Shown here one piece after another: positions 8,462-15,717 of a stretch of 64,000 nt of DNA. Positions within the stretch are counted from its first letter, which is position 1. The number at the start of each line of letters is the position of its first letter. The notes beneath the pieces were generated by a model. The model worked only from the letters and a program-made list of their open reading frames with translations. It made no database searches and was not told the origin of the DNA. A program made the position numbers and the translations under genes. The stretch spans positions 37,660 to 101,659 of the forward strand of contig JBBDWL010000081.1 in assembly GCA_040902895.1 (NCBI GenBank). The letters run 5' to 3'. Origin of the DNA: Vicinamibacterales bacterium. GTDB taxonomy: Bacteria; Acidobacteriota; Vicinamibacteria; Vicinamibacterales; SCN-69-37.

Positions 8462-9472
8462 CTAGCTGTGCGCCGCGGCGGCCAGCGCCTGCGCGTGCAC
8501 CGACGCGCCAACGAGCCCGGCCTGCTCGTTGAGGATGACGCGAATGGGGATTGTGGCCAGCAGATCGGTCATCGGCGGCTTGTCGCGGAAGGCGTCGAGG
8601 AAGCGCCCGCTTTCGAGCGCGGGCAGAATCTTCGGCGCGATGCCGCCGCCGAGATACACACCCGCCGTCGCCACTGAGCGCAGCGCGAGATTGCCCGCCT
8701 CCGATCCATAGACCTCGACGAACAGATTGAGCGTATCGACACAGCGCTCGCAGGTGTTGTCGAGCGCCGCCTCGGTAATCTGCGGCGGAGCGTCGGCGAT
8801 GTCGGTGCCGTCGGGCACGCCGTCGCAGCCGATGTCGTCTCCACCACCGTGGACGAAGCGGTACATGTTAACGACGCCCGGGCCCGACAGGAACGTTTCG
8901 ACCTCGATCCGCTCGCGCTCGCGCATGAAGAATTGAGCCATCGCGAGCTCGCGGGGATTACGCGGCGCGAAGTCAGCGTGGCCGCCTTCGGATGGCGAGG
9001 GCACGAAGCGGCCGTTCACGTTGTGCAGCAATGCTTCGCCGAGACCGGTGCCCGCGGCGATCAGCGCGGCATTGCCGCGCGGCATCGCCACGCCCTCCTG
9101 CAGCACGGCGATCTCGTCCGGCTCGAGAAACGGCACCGCATGCGCCATCGCTTCGAGATCGTTCAGCAGCTTCAGCCGTGCGCGGCCAACCTGCGGTGCC
9201 ACCAGCGCGAGATTCACGATCCACGGCACGTTGGTGAGACGCGCCACGAGTCCGTTGACCGGGCCTGCGACACCGACACACATCGCGTCGACCGGCGAGG
9301 CCGCCGCACCGTCGCGCACGCCGAGAAATTCATCGACGATCTCTTCGAAGCTGTCGAAGTCGAGCGTGCCGAACTCGCGCACGAGCACCGGCCGCGGCCG
9401 ATCGCCCGCCATGCCGCGCTCGAACAAGCCCAACAGTGTCTTGGTGCCGCCGACATCACCCGCGAGTAGCAC
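8462..9472 (-). CDS. glk: Glucokinase
   Basis: N-terminal ATP motif LLAGDVGGTKTLLGLF, overall ROK-less glucokinase layout (GVAGPV, GTGLGEA, GGHADFAP). GTG start. Confidence 0.8.
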   Translation of the reverse strand: MLLAGDVGGTKTLLGLFERGMAGDRPRPVLVREFGTLDFDSFEEIVDEFLGVRDGAAASPVDAMCVGVAGPVNGLVARLTNVPWIVNLALVAPQVGRARLKLLNDLEAMAHAVPFLEPDEIAVLQEGVAMPRGNAALIAAGTGLGEALLHNVNGRFVPSPSEGGHADFAPRNPRELAMAQFFMRERERIEVETFLSGPGVVNMYRFVHGGGDDIGCDGVPDGTDIADAPPQITEAALDNTCERCVDTLNLFVEVYGSEAGNLALRSVATAGVYLGGGIAPKILPALESGRFLDAFRDKPPMTDLLATIPIRVILNEQAGLVGASVHAQALAAAAHS

Positions 9473-9478
9473 GTTGGC

Positions 9479-9484
9479 ATTCTA
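9479..9484 (-). promoter_or_regulatory. -10-like TAGAAT 6 nt upstream of the glk GTG (possible leaderless transcript)
   Basis: The minus strand reads TAGAATgccaacGTG. Confidence 0.35.
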
Positions 9485-9540
9485 GTCGCACCCATCGAAC
9501 CTTGACTTGTCAGCCGCAGTGGTTCATTTTGGCGCAGTCA

Positions 9541-10626
9541 GTGGCGTCGATTCCTGAAACATCCGCCGCCGCCCGCCCGCTCGCGGGCGAGCGTGTGGCT
9601 CTCACCGGCAAACTCGTGCTGTTGTCGCGCCGCGACGCCCGCGCGCTCATCGAGCGTCTCGGTGGTCAGCTTCTCGACATGCCCGATGGCGAAGCCGCGG
9701 GCGCCGAGGGCGAACCGAACGGCGGCGCCGCGCCCGATCTGCCGCCTGGCACGCGCAGGATGTCGGAGGCCGAGCTGTGCGCCGCCGCCGGTCTGCCGGC
9801 CGCCGACGCGCTGCGCGCGCAGTTCAAGACGGCGCGCGACATCCGCGCGATGTATCCGAACATCAAGGACGAGCATCTGCGGTTCTTCGAGAAGTGGGGA
9901 CTCGTTCGTCCCGTCGCCGGCCGTTTCTATGGCTTCAGCGATCTGCATCTGATTCGTGAGGCCGCGTCGGCGCTCGACCAAGGCACGCCGCTGCAGGCCG
10001 TCGTGCGCTCGCTGTCATCGCGTCGCGAAGGACAGCTGCAGCTCGATTTTCAGACGCCGCGCGGACGCGACGCCGCCGGCCACCAGGCCCGCGTCGTCAC
10101 CCTCGAGCGCCGGCCGGATCCGCCGCCGGCGCTCTTTCCAATTACGCCGACGGCCGCGTTCGGCAGCGACGAGGCCCTTGCGGCGAAATATTTCACGGAA
10201 GCCGCGCGGCTCGACGATGGGACGGAGCAGAATCAGGAGGCGGCCGCGTCAACCTACCGGCGCGCGCTCATCATCGATCCCGAGCTCGTGCCCGCGCTGG
10301 TCAATCTCGCGAACATCCACTATGCGCGCGATCAGCACATCGAGGCGCTGGCGCTCTATGAGCGCGCGCTCGGTCTCGAGCCCGACTGCTTCGAGGCGCA
10401 CTTCAACCTCGGCAACGTGCATCACGATCTCTCGCGCTACGAAGAAGCGCTGGCCTGCTACCGCGAAGCCGTCTCGCTCAATCCCGGCTACCCGGAAGCG
10501 CATTTCTATCTGGCCGTGACGCTCGAAAAGATGGGCCGCTCCCCTGAAGCCAGACCACACTGGAAGCTCTATCGAGAGCTCGCGCCGGAAGGCGAATGGG
10601 CGGAATTGGCGAAAGAGTTCGAATAG
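9541..10626 (+). CDS. BRCT-like / MerR-type HTH / TPR-repeat protein
   Basis: GERVALTGKLVLLSRRDARALIERLGG is a BRCT-like start. The central MerR-like HTH is MSEAELCAAAGL...LRFFEKWGLVRP. The C-terminus has three or more TPR units (ALYERALGLEPDCFEAHFNLGNVH...). Start placed at GTG 9541, because the upstream part of the ORF overlaps the glk promoter region. Confidence 0.6.
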   Translation: MASIPETSAAARPLAGERVALTGKLVLLSRRDARALIERLGGQLLDMPDGEAAGAEGEPNGGAAPDLPPGTRRMSEAELCAAAGLPAADALRAQFKTARDIRAMYPNIKDEHLRFFEKWGLVRPVAGRFYGFSDLHLIREAASALDQGTPLQAVVRSLSSRREGQLQLDFQTPRGRDAAGHQARVVTLERRPDPPPALFPITPTAAFGSDEALAAKYFTEAARLDDGTEQNQEAAASTYRRALIIDPELVPALVNLANIHYARDQHIEALALYERALGLEPDCFEAHFNLGNVHHDLSRYEEALACYREAVSLNPGYPEAHFYLAVTLEKMGRSPEARPHWKLYRELAPEGEWAELAKEFE

Positions 10627-10662
10627 AAATTTACAATTGGTGAATTAAGAATTAAGAATTGC
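10627..10662. repeat. Left inverted-repeat arm, aaatttacaattggtgaattaagaattaagaattgc
   Basis: Read directly. Pairs with 11070-11105. Confidence 0.85.
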
Positions 10663-11015
10663 TACGAGGTGTTTCGGCGGGCGGTCGTCACTGACGTGGC
10701 GGTAATTGACAGCAGCTCACGGCACTCAGTGATCAGATTCTGCGGAGGCCGCGCGATGTCGGCGTCACGCAGGACGGATAGCCAGTGATCGGCTTCATCC
10801 AGTTCCTCAACAACCACTCCCATTTTCGCGAGCCATTCTGCCCTCGAGCGGCCACGCCGTGATGCCCTGTAATTTGATGCAGCGCCATTACTTGCGCGTC
10901 TGAGCTGTCGCGCGAGTTCGCGCGCTTCGTCGGTGCGAGGCAGTGTCCTGCAGAATCGAATGATGGCGATGGCGAAGTCGTAGGTCCGTTGCTGAAGCTG
11001 ATCGCGAAAGTCCAT
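10662..11015 (-). CDS. Four-helix-bundle protein (23S rRNA intervening-sequence protein family type)
   Basis: 117 aa. YDFAIAIIRFCRTLP...ELARQLRRASNGAASNYRASRRGRSRAEWLAKMGVVVEELDEADHWL matches the characteristic pattern of this small family. Confidence 0.8.
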   Translation of the reverse strand: MDFRDQLQQRTYDFAIAIIRFCRTLPRTDEARELARQLRRASNGAASNYRASRRGRSRAEWLAKMGVVVEELDEADHWLSVLRDADIARPPQNLITECRELLSITATSVTTARRNTS

Positions 11016-11069
11016 GCGCGGAGCGAAGGCATCTTCCGCGCCAATTGCGGCCGACGCGACGGCGTGACA

Positions 11070-11105
11070 GCAATTCTTAATTCTTAACTTACCAATTCTT
11101 AATTT
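11070..11105. repeat. Right inverted-repeat arm, gcaattcttaattcttaacttaccaattcttaattt
   Basis: Read directly. Its reverse complement matches 10627-10662 at 32/36 positions. Confidence 0.85.
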
Positions 11106-11111
11106 CGCGTC

Positions 11112-11405
11112 TCAGTACGAGGGTTTTCTGGCGACTCTTTTGAGCTTGAAATACGCGCACTCGGGGCACCAGGATTCGGGAGCGAAGCCTTCTTTGCCGG
11201 CATAGGGCAGCACGTCGCGGTGGGTGCAGAACTCGCCATCTTCCGGATCGGCGCGCCAGCGGCACGAGCGGAAGCGGGCCCACGCCGGCGTGAGCCGGTT
11301 CGGATCCGGCCCCGGCGCGCCGGGTGTCTTCGGCTCGAGCTGGCCTTCCTTCGCCGCGGGAGCCTCGGCCGGTTCCGAGGAACCGGGTTTGTTCTCGTCG
11401 TTCAT
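11112..11405 (-). CDS. Small Cys4 protein, hypothetical (possible metal-binding)
   Basis: 97 aa. Its ATG overlaps the helicase stop (ATGA). The N-terminal half is low-complexity P/E/A, followed by C-x11-C-x19-C-x2-C (CRWRADPEDGEFC...CPEC). Confidence 0.5.
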   Translation of the reverse strand: MNDENKPGSSEPAEAPAAKEGQLEPKTPGAPGPDPNRLTPAWARFRSCRWRADPEDGEFCTHRDVLPYAGKEGFAPESWCPECAYFKLKRVARKPSY

Positions 11406-12652
11406 TGCAGTTGAAGGCCGAACGCGCGTTCAATCGCCGCGAGCGAGCGGCGCTCTTCCGGCGCCGCCAGCGTCAGCGCGTTCCCCGTGGCTTCGGCACG
11501 GCCGGTGCGGCCCACGCGATGCACATAGGTATCGAGTGACGTCGGCACTTCGTAATTGACGACCCACGTGATGCCGTCGACGTCGAGCCCCCGTGCCGCC
11601 ACGTCGGTCGCGACGATCACGCGATATTTGCCCGACTTGAATCCTTCGATCGCCTTCTGCCGATCCTGCTGCGTGCGATCGGCATGCAGCGCCGCGGCCT
11701 TGAGTCCGGCCTGCGCGAGCTTGCGTGACAGGCGATCCGCGCCAATCTTCGTGCGCGCGAACACCAGCACGGGCCCGTGCGATTCCTTCTTCAGGAACCT
11801 GGTGAGGTAGTCCAGCTTCTCGGCCGTCGGCACGATGTGCGCGACGTGCGTGATCGTCGTGGGCGATCCGCTCGGGCCCACCTGCACGTAATGCGCATGC
11901 GGCGCCAGCTCGTGCGCGAACTTCATGACTTCATCCGGCAGCGTCGCCGAGAAGAGCATCGTCTGCAGGCCCGTCTTCGGCAGCTTGTCGGCGATGCGCC
12001 GCACGTCGGGCCAGAAGCCCATGTCCATCATGCGGTCCGCCTCGTCGAGCACGAACGTTTCAATCTTGTCGAACTTCGGGCTGTCGCCGCGCATGTGATC
12101 GAGCAGCCGTCCCGGCGTGGCGACGACGATGTCGACGCCGGCGCGCAGGGCCTGATCCTGCGGGCTCATGTGCACGCCGCCGTAGATGGGCGCGCTCGAC
12201 AGACCGGTGTGATACGCAAAGCCCTGAATTTCGTCGTCGATTTGCACGGCGAGCTCGCGCGTGGGCGCGAGGATGAGCACGCGCGTGTAGCCGCGCGGCG
12301 CGGTGGTCTTGTCGGCGGCGTCGGAGGCGAGCAGGCGATGCAGGATCGGCAGCACGAACGCGGCCGTCTTGCCGGTGCCCGTCTGGGCGCAGCCGATGAC
12401 GTCTTCGCCGGCGATGGCAAACGGGATGACCGCGCTCTGAATCGGCGTCGTCCGCTCGAACCCGCGCTCCTCGAGCGCGTGGCGCAGCGTGGCGTGAATC
12501 GGAAGCGCGGCAAACTCGATCGGGGCGACGTCATGCGGAGACGACGTCCGCTCGGCGGCTGGATGCTGCGGCTGCGAGGAGGGCGCATCGGCCCTGGCCG
12601 AACCTGACCCCGCGCCGCGTCGACGTCGTGATCGCGGCCGTGTGTGCAGCAA
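11402..12652 (-). CDS. DEAD-box ATP-dependent RNA helicase
   Basis: Q-motif region TPIQ, Walker A AQTGTGKTAAF, DEAD (VLDEADRM), SAT, and HRVGRTGRA. TTG start with a basic N-terminal extension; the start is uncertain. Confidence 0.9.
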   Translation of the reverse strand: MLHTRPRSRRRRGAGSGSARADAPSSQPQHPAAERTSSPHDVAPIEFAALPIHATLRHALEERGFERTTPIQSAVIPFAIAGEDVIGCAQTGTGKTAAFVLPILHRLLASDAADKTTAPRGYTRVLILAPTRELAVQIDDEIQGFAYHTGLSSAPIYGGVHMSPQDQALRAGVDIVVATPGRLLDHMRGDSPKFDKIETFVLDEADRMMDMGFWPDVRRIADKLPKTGLQTMLFSATLPDEVMKFAHELAPHAHYVQVGPSGSPTTITHVAHIVPTAEKLDYLTRFLKKESHGPVLVFARTKIGADRLSRKLAQAGLKAAALHADRTQQDRQKAIEGFKSGKYRVIVATDVAARGLDVDGITWVVNYEVPTSLDTYVHRVGRTGRAEATGNALTLAAPEERRSLAAIERAFGLQLQ

Positions 12653-12655
12653 GGC

Positions 12656-12874
12656 TTACCGTGCCCGGAAGGTGATGATGCCGCGGACCGGATCGTAGGG
12701 CGAGACGCCAACCGTCACGCGATCGCCGGGCACGACCTTGATGCGAAAGCGGCGCATGCGGCCGCTCAACTGGGCCAGCACCTCGTGGCCCGAATCAACC
12801 TGGACGCGGTAAAGGCCGCCGCTGTGAACGGCAACAACCGTGCCCTGAACATCGATCAAATCATCCTTACTCAA
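12656..12874 (-). CDS. infA: Translation initiation factor IF-1
   Basis: 72 aa, MSKDDLIDVQGTVV...RMRRFRIKVVPGDRVTVGVSPYDPVRGIITFR is a canonical S1-fold IF-1. TTG start, preceded by AAAGGAAAGG. Confidence 0.9.
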   Translation of the reverse strand: MSKDDLIDVQGTVVAVHSGGLYRVQVDSGHEVLAQLSGRMRRFRIKVVPGDRVTVGVSPYDPVRGIITFRAR

Positions 12875-12940
12875 GCGTGGGTAGAGCCTTTCCTTTCATG
12901 ATCAGGTGAATCGACGGTCGCCAATCCTTATCCCGACCAA

Positions 12941-15676
12941 TTATTGTGCCACAGAACCAGGCTTGGGCCCGGAATAGGGCTGCAGCGCGATCACCGCATC
13001 TCTAACCTTTGCAGCGAGTTCCGCGTAATTGTTTCCCTCGAGCCGCATGGGCTTGCCGAACGTAATCCTGACCGGACCGCGCGTAGGCCAGCTGGCGCTC
13101 AGGTGCAGCACCGTATTGAGCCCTTCGATGCGCACGGGCACCACGGGCACGCCAAGCTTCGAGGCGATCAGGCCGATGCCAGGGCGGAACACATTGATCT
13201 CGCCGTGGTCGGTGCGCTTGCCCTCCGGAAAGATGAGCAGCGACCGCTTCTGATCGAACAGCCGTCCGATGTAGCGAACCGTCTGGCGCGCACCTGCCTC
13301 GTATTGAGGGATCGGAAAGGCGTTGTAAAAGATCGCGGCGCTCAGATAGGCGGTGGTGTTACGGATCCGCGCGGCGACAGGGAAGTCGTGGGGAAAGAAG
13401 TGCGCCTTGAACCACTCCTTCGCCATCGCCGGCGACACGCGGTAACGCCATTTCGCCGGCAGCGCTTGCAGCACGGCGGGCGTGTCCATGTGGCTCTGGT
13501 GATTCGGCGCAAAGATCACCGGATGGTCGAGTCCTTCGAGATTCTCCAGACCCTCCACCGCGAGCTTCATCCAGGGCCGCGAAATGCTGAGCACCCACGT
13601 CGGAAGGCTCGCACGCCGAATCGCGCGAATGGGCCACGAATAATTCCAGTCGGGGAAGGGGATGCCGGGAACAGGAACGCGGGGAACGTGTGGTTCCACT
13701 GGTTCCACTGGTTCCATTGGTTCCCCAGGTTCGGTTCTCCGTTCCGCGGGTTCACGTTCCACAGGTTCGCGTTCCACGAGCTTCGCGAGGTCGCCGACCG
13801 TCGTGGCGGCGGCGAATTCGCCTTCATCGATCGACACGTGGAGGGCTTCCTCGATGCGCGCGAGTAGTTGCACCCGATCGAGCGAGCCGAGGCCGAGCTC
13901 GTCGAAAGTCGTTTCGCGGGTCACCGCGCGTCCGGCCACCATGGCCGAGACGATTTCTTCAACCGTCTGGCCGGGCACCTGAGCGGGCGCGGTCGTCGCA
14001 CCGCCACCCTGGGCCCAGCGCTGAATCTCTTTGCGCCGCAGCTTCCTCGTGCCCTCGGTACGCGGCAGCGCGTCGCCCGTCCACAGGCTCCAGCTCCAGA
14101 TACGCTGGTGATCCTCGAGCTGCGCGTTTGCGTCCTTCACCACCGCACCCGGCGAGGCGCCCTTTTCCAGCAGCAGCACGGCGTGCACGCGCTCCTGGCG
14201 GCCCGCGCCGGTTTCAGGCGTGACGCCGACGACCGCCGACTCGACGACTCCCGGCTGCGCGTTCACCGCGCGCTCGACGTCGTCCGGAAACACGTTCAGG
14301 CCTTCGGCCGTGACGATCATCTCTTTCTTGCGGCCTTTGATCGTGAGACGCCCCTCGGCATCGAGGTCGCCGATGTCGCCCGTGTGGAACCATCCGCCGG
14401 CGAACGCCTCGCGCGTCTCGCGCTCGGCGTTGTAGTAGCCGGTGGTGACGTTTTCGCCGCGCACCAGGATCTCGCCGTCGTCCGCGATTTTGATCTCGAC
14501 GCCGCTGAGCGGCGTCCCGACCGTGCCGGCCCCCGGTTTTCGAAACGGATGATTCAGCGTCACAACCGGCGCCGTCTCGGTCAGGCCATAGCCCTGGATG
14601 ACGAGAAACCCGCGCTCGCGCCAGAACTCCTCGAGCTCGCGCTCGAGCGGCGCGCCGCCGACGACGATGCACCAGAACTTGAAGCCGAACAGGCGATGCA
14701 CGTCGCGATGAATCCACCACCGCCGCACCCAGTGCACAGGCTTACTCCCCTTACCTTCCTCACTCGACTCACTCGACTCACTCGACTTACTCGACTTACT
14801 CGACTTACTCACGTGCTCGCGCAGCACGTCGAGCACTTTCGGCACGCAGACCAGCACCGAGACGCGGCGCGTCTTGATCTGCCGCACGATCTCCTGCGGG
14901 TTGTAGCCGCGTGAGAAGACCACGGTGCCGTCCACCATCGGCGGCATGAACGTCGCCATCGACTGGCCGAACATGTGGCTGAGCGGCAGCAGATTGAGAA
15001 AGCGGAGCGGCGCCACCAGCGGCAGATACTTCCGGTACTTCTTGATCTCCTCTTCGATGGGATTGATGTTGGCGAGAATGTTCTTATCGGTAAGTGTGAC
15101 GCCCTTCGGCTCGGCCGTGGCGCCCGACGTGAAGATAATTTCGGCTAACTGTGGTTCCCCAGGTTCCAGTGGTTCCACACGTTCCCCGGGTTCGGTTCCC
15201 GGTTCTCGGTTCCCGTTCCACAAGTTCTCATCGTCCATGCGCCAGATCTGGAAGCCGTCGGCCGCCGGCGGCGTCACGTCGGCGCCCACGAGCAGCACCG
15301 GGGCCTGCACGATGTTACGGATGCGAAGCGCCTGCTCGGGCGAGGCGCGGAAGTCGACGGGGACCGAGACGAGCCCGGCGAGACGGATGCCCCACAGCGC
15401 CGCGATCCACTCGCCGCGGTTCTCACCCCAGATGACGATCTTGACGCCGGGCGCCAGGCCGGCGGCCTTCAGCCTCGCGGCAAACGCGCGCGACGCGTCC
15501 GCCAGCCGGCCGTAGGTCCACTGGCGGGTGCGAAAGCCGTCGTCATGCAGGATGAACGTCTGCTCGCGGCGCTTCGAGGCCGCGATGTAGTCGCGGAAGA
15601 AGGCGACGAGGGTCTCACGGCGCCTGGGTGGCGGGGTCAATCGCGTAGCGTTTTTCAAGGGCTTCTCGCAGCCCAT
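12941..15676 (-). CDS. Tri-domain acyl-activating enzyme: AMP-dependent synthetase / carrier-protein domain / PlsC-type acyltransferase
   Basis: AMP-binding motifs IIFTSGATAEPKGV, GYGLTET, GWFHTGDIG, GRKKEMI. Carrier-like FDELGLGSLDRVQLLARIEE. Acyltransferase motifs NHQSHMDT (HX4D) and FPEGKRT. Start set at ATG 15676 (MGCEKPLK...), because the longer ORF to 16093 overlaps the upstream peroxidase gene. Confidence 0.8.
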   Translation of the reverse strand: MGCEKPLKNATRLTPPPRRRETLVAFFRDYIAASKRREQTFILHDDGFRTRQWTYGRLADASRAFAARLKAAGLAPGVKIVIWGENRGEWIAALWGIRLAGLVSVPVDFRASPEQALRIRNIVQAPVLLVGADVTPPAADGFQIWRMDDENLWNGNREPGTEPGERVEPLEPGEPQLAEIIFTSGATAEPKGVTLTDKNILANINPIEEEIKKYRKYLPLVAPLRFLNLLPLSHMFGQSMATFMPPMVDGTVVFSRGYNPQEIVRQIKTRRVSVLVCVPKVLDVLREHVSKSSKSSKSSESSESSEEGKGSKPVHWVRRWWIHRDVHRLFGFKFWCIVVGGAPLERELEEFWRERGFLVIQGYGLTETAPVVTLNHPFRKPGAGTVGTPLSGVEIKIADDGEILVRGENVTTGYYNAERETREAFAGGWFHTGDIGDLDAEGRLTIKGRKKEMIVTAEGLNVFPDDVERAVNAQPGVVESAVVGVTPETGAGRQERVHAVLLLEKGASPGAVVKDANAQLEDHQRIWSWSLWTGDALPRTEGTRKLRRKEIQRWAQGGGATTAPAQVPGQTVEEIVSAMVAGRAVTRETTFDELGLGSLDRVQLLARIEEALHVSIDEGEFAAATTVGDLAKLVEREPVEREPAERRTEPGEPMEPVEPVEPHVPRVPVPGIPFPDWNYSWPIRAIRRASLPTWVLSISRPWMKLAVEGLENLEGLDHPVIFAPNHQSHMDTPAVLQALPAKWRYRVSPAMAKEWFKAHFFPHDFPVAARIRNTTAYLSAAIFYNAFPIPQYEAGARQTVRYIGRLFDQKRSLLIFPEGKRTDHGEINVFRPGIGLIASKLGVPVVPVRIEGLNTVLHLSASWPTRGPVRITFGKPMRLEGNNYAELAAKVRDAVIALQPYSGPKPGSVAQ
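13689..13770 (-). repeat. In-frame tandem repeat, GGTTCC family (period ~9), encodes E/P/V linker
   Basis: tgtggttccactggttccactggttccattggttccccaggttcgg...gcgttccacgag. Translated on the minus strand as EPVEREPAERRTEPGEPMEPVEPVEPH. Shares both ends with 15150-15224. Confidence 0.85.
14741..14812 (-). repeat. In-frame 9-bp tandem repeat, GAGTAAG family, encodes SKSSKSSKSSESSESSEEGKGSK
   Basis: The minus strand reads gtgagtaagtcgagtaagtcgagtaagtcgagtgagtcgagtgagtcgagtgaggaaggtaaggggagtaag, i.e. 8 units of 9 nt. Confidence 0.9.
15150..15224 (-). repeat. In-frame tandem repeat, GGTTCC family, second copy
   Basis: tgtggttccccaggttccagtggttccacacgttccccgggttcggttcccggttctcggttcccgttccacaag. Encodes NREPGTEPGERVEPLEPGEPQ immediately before the TSGATAEPKG P-loop. 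Confidence 0.85.
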
Positions 15677-15717
15677 GGTGCCACAGGGCGAAGAAGGCGA
15701 GATCGCCGGCGAGGAGA

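Larger units (their letters stand above)
10627..11105. mobile_element. Possible IVS-like cassette: AT-rich 36-bp imperfect inverted repeats bracketing a four-helix-bundle protein gene
   Basis: Left arm 10627-10662 and the reverse complement of right arm 11070-11105 match at 32/36 positions. The arms are AT-rich heptamer repeats (gaattaa) in a GC-rich context. The enclosed gene looks lower in GC than its flanks. Mobility is not shown. Confidence 0.3.

Noticed and set aside
12942-12956. TGGCAC-aataa-TTGGT on the minus strand at the end of the acyl-activating gene, as a possible sigma-54 promoter for infA.
   Set aside because: The -12 element has GG instead of the near-invariant GC, the site lies in the last codons of a gene, and IF-1 is not an expected sigma-54 target.
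14741-14812. The resemblance of gtgagtaag to the eukaryotic 5' splice-donor consensus, or to an intron-like element.
   Set aside because: The context is bacterial, the repeat is read through in frame with period 9, and there is no intron-like structure or ORF. I treat it as coincidence.
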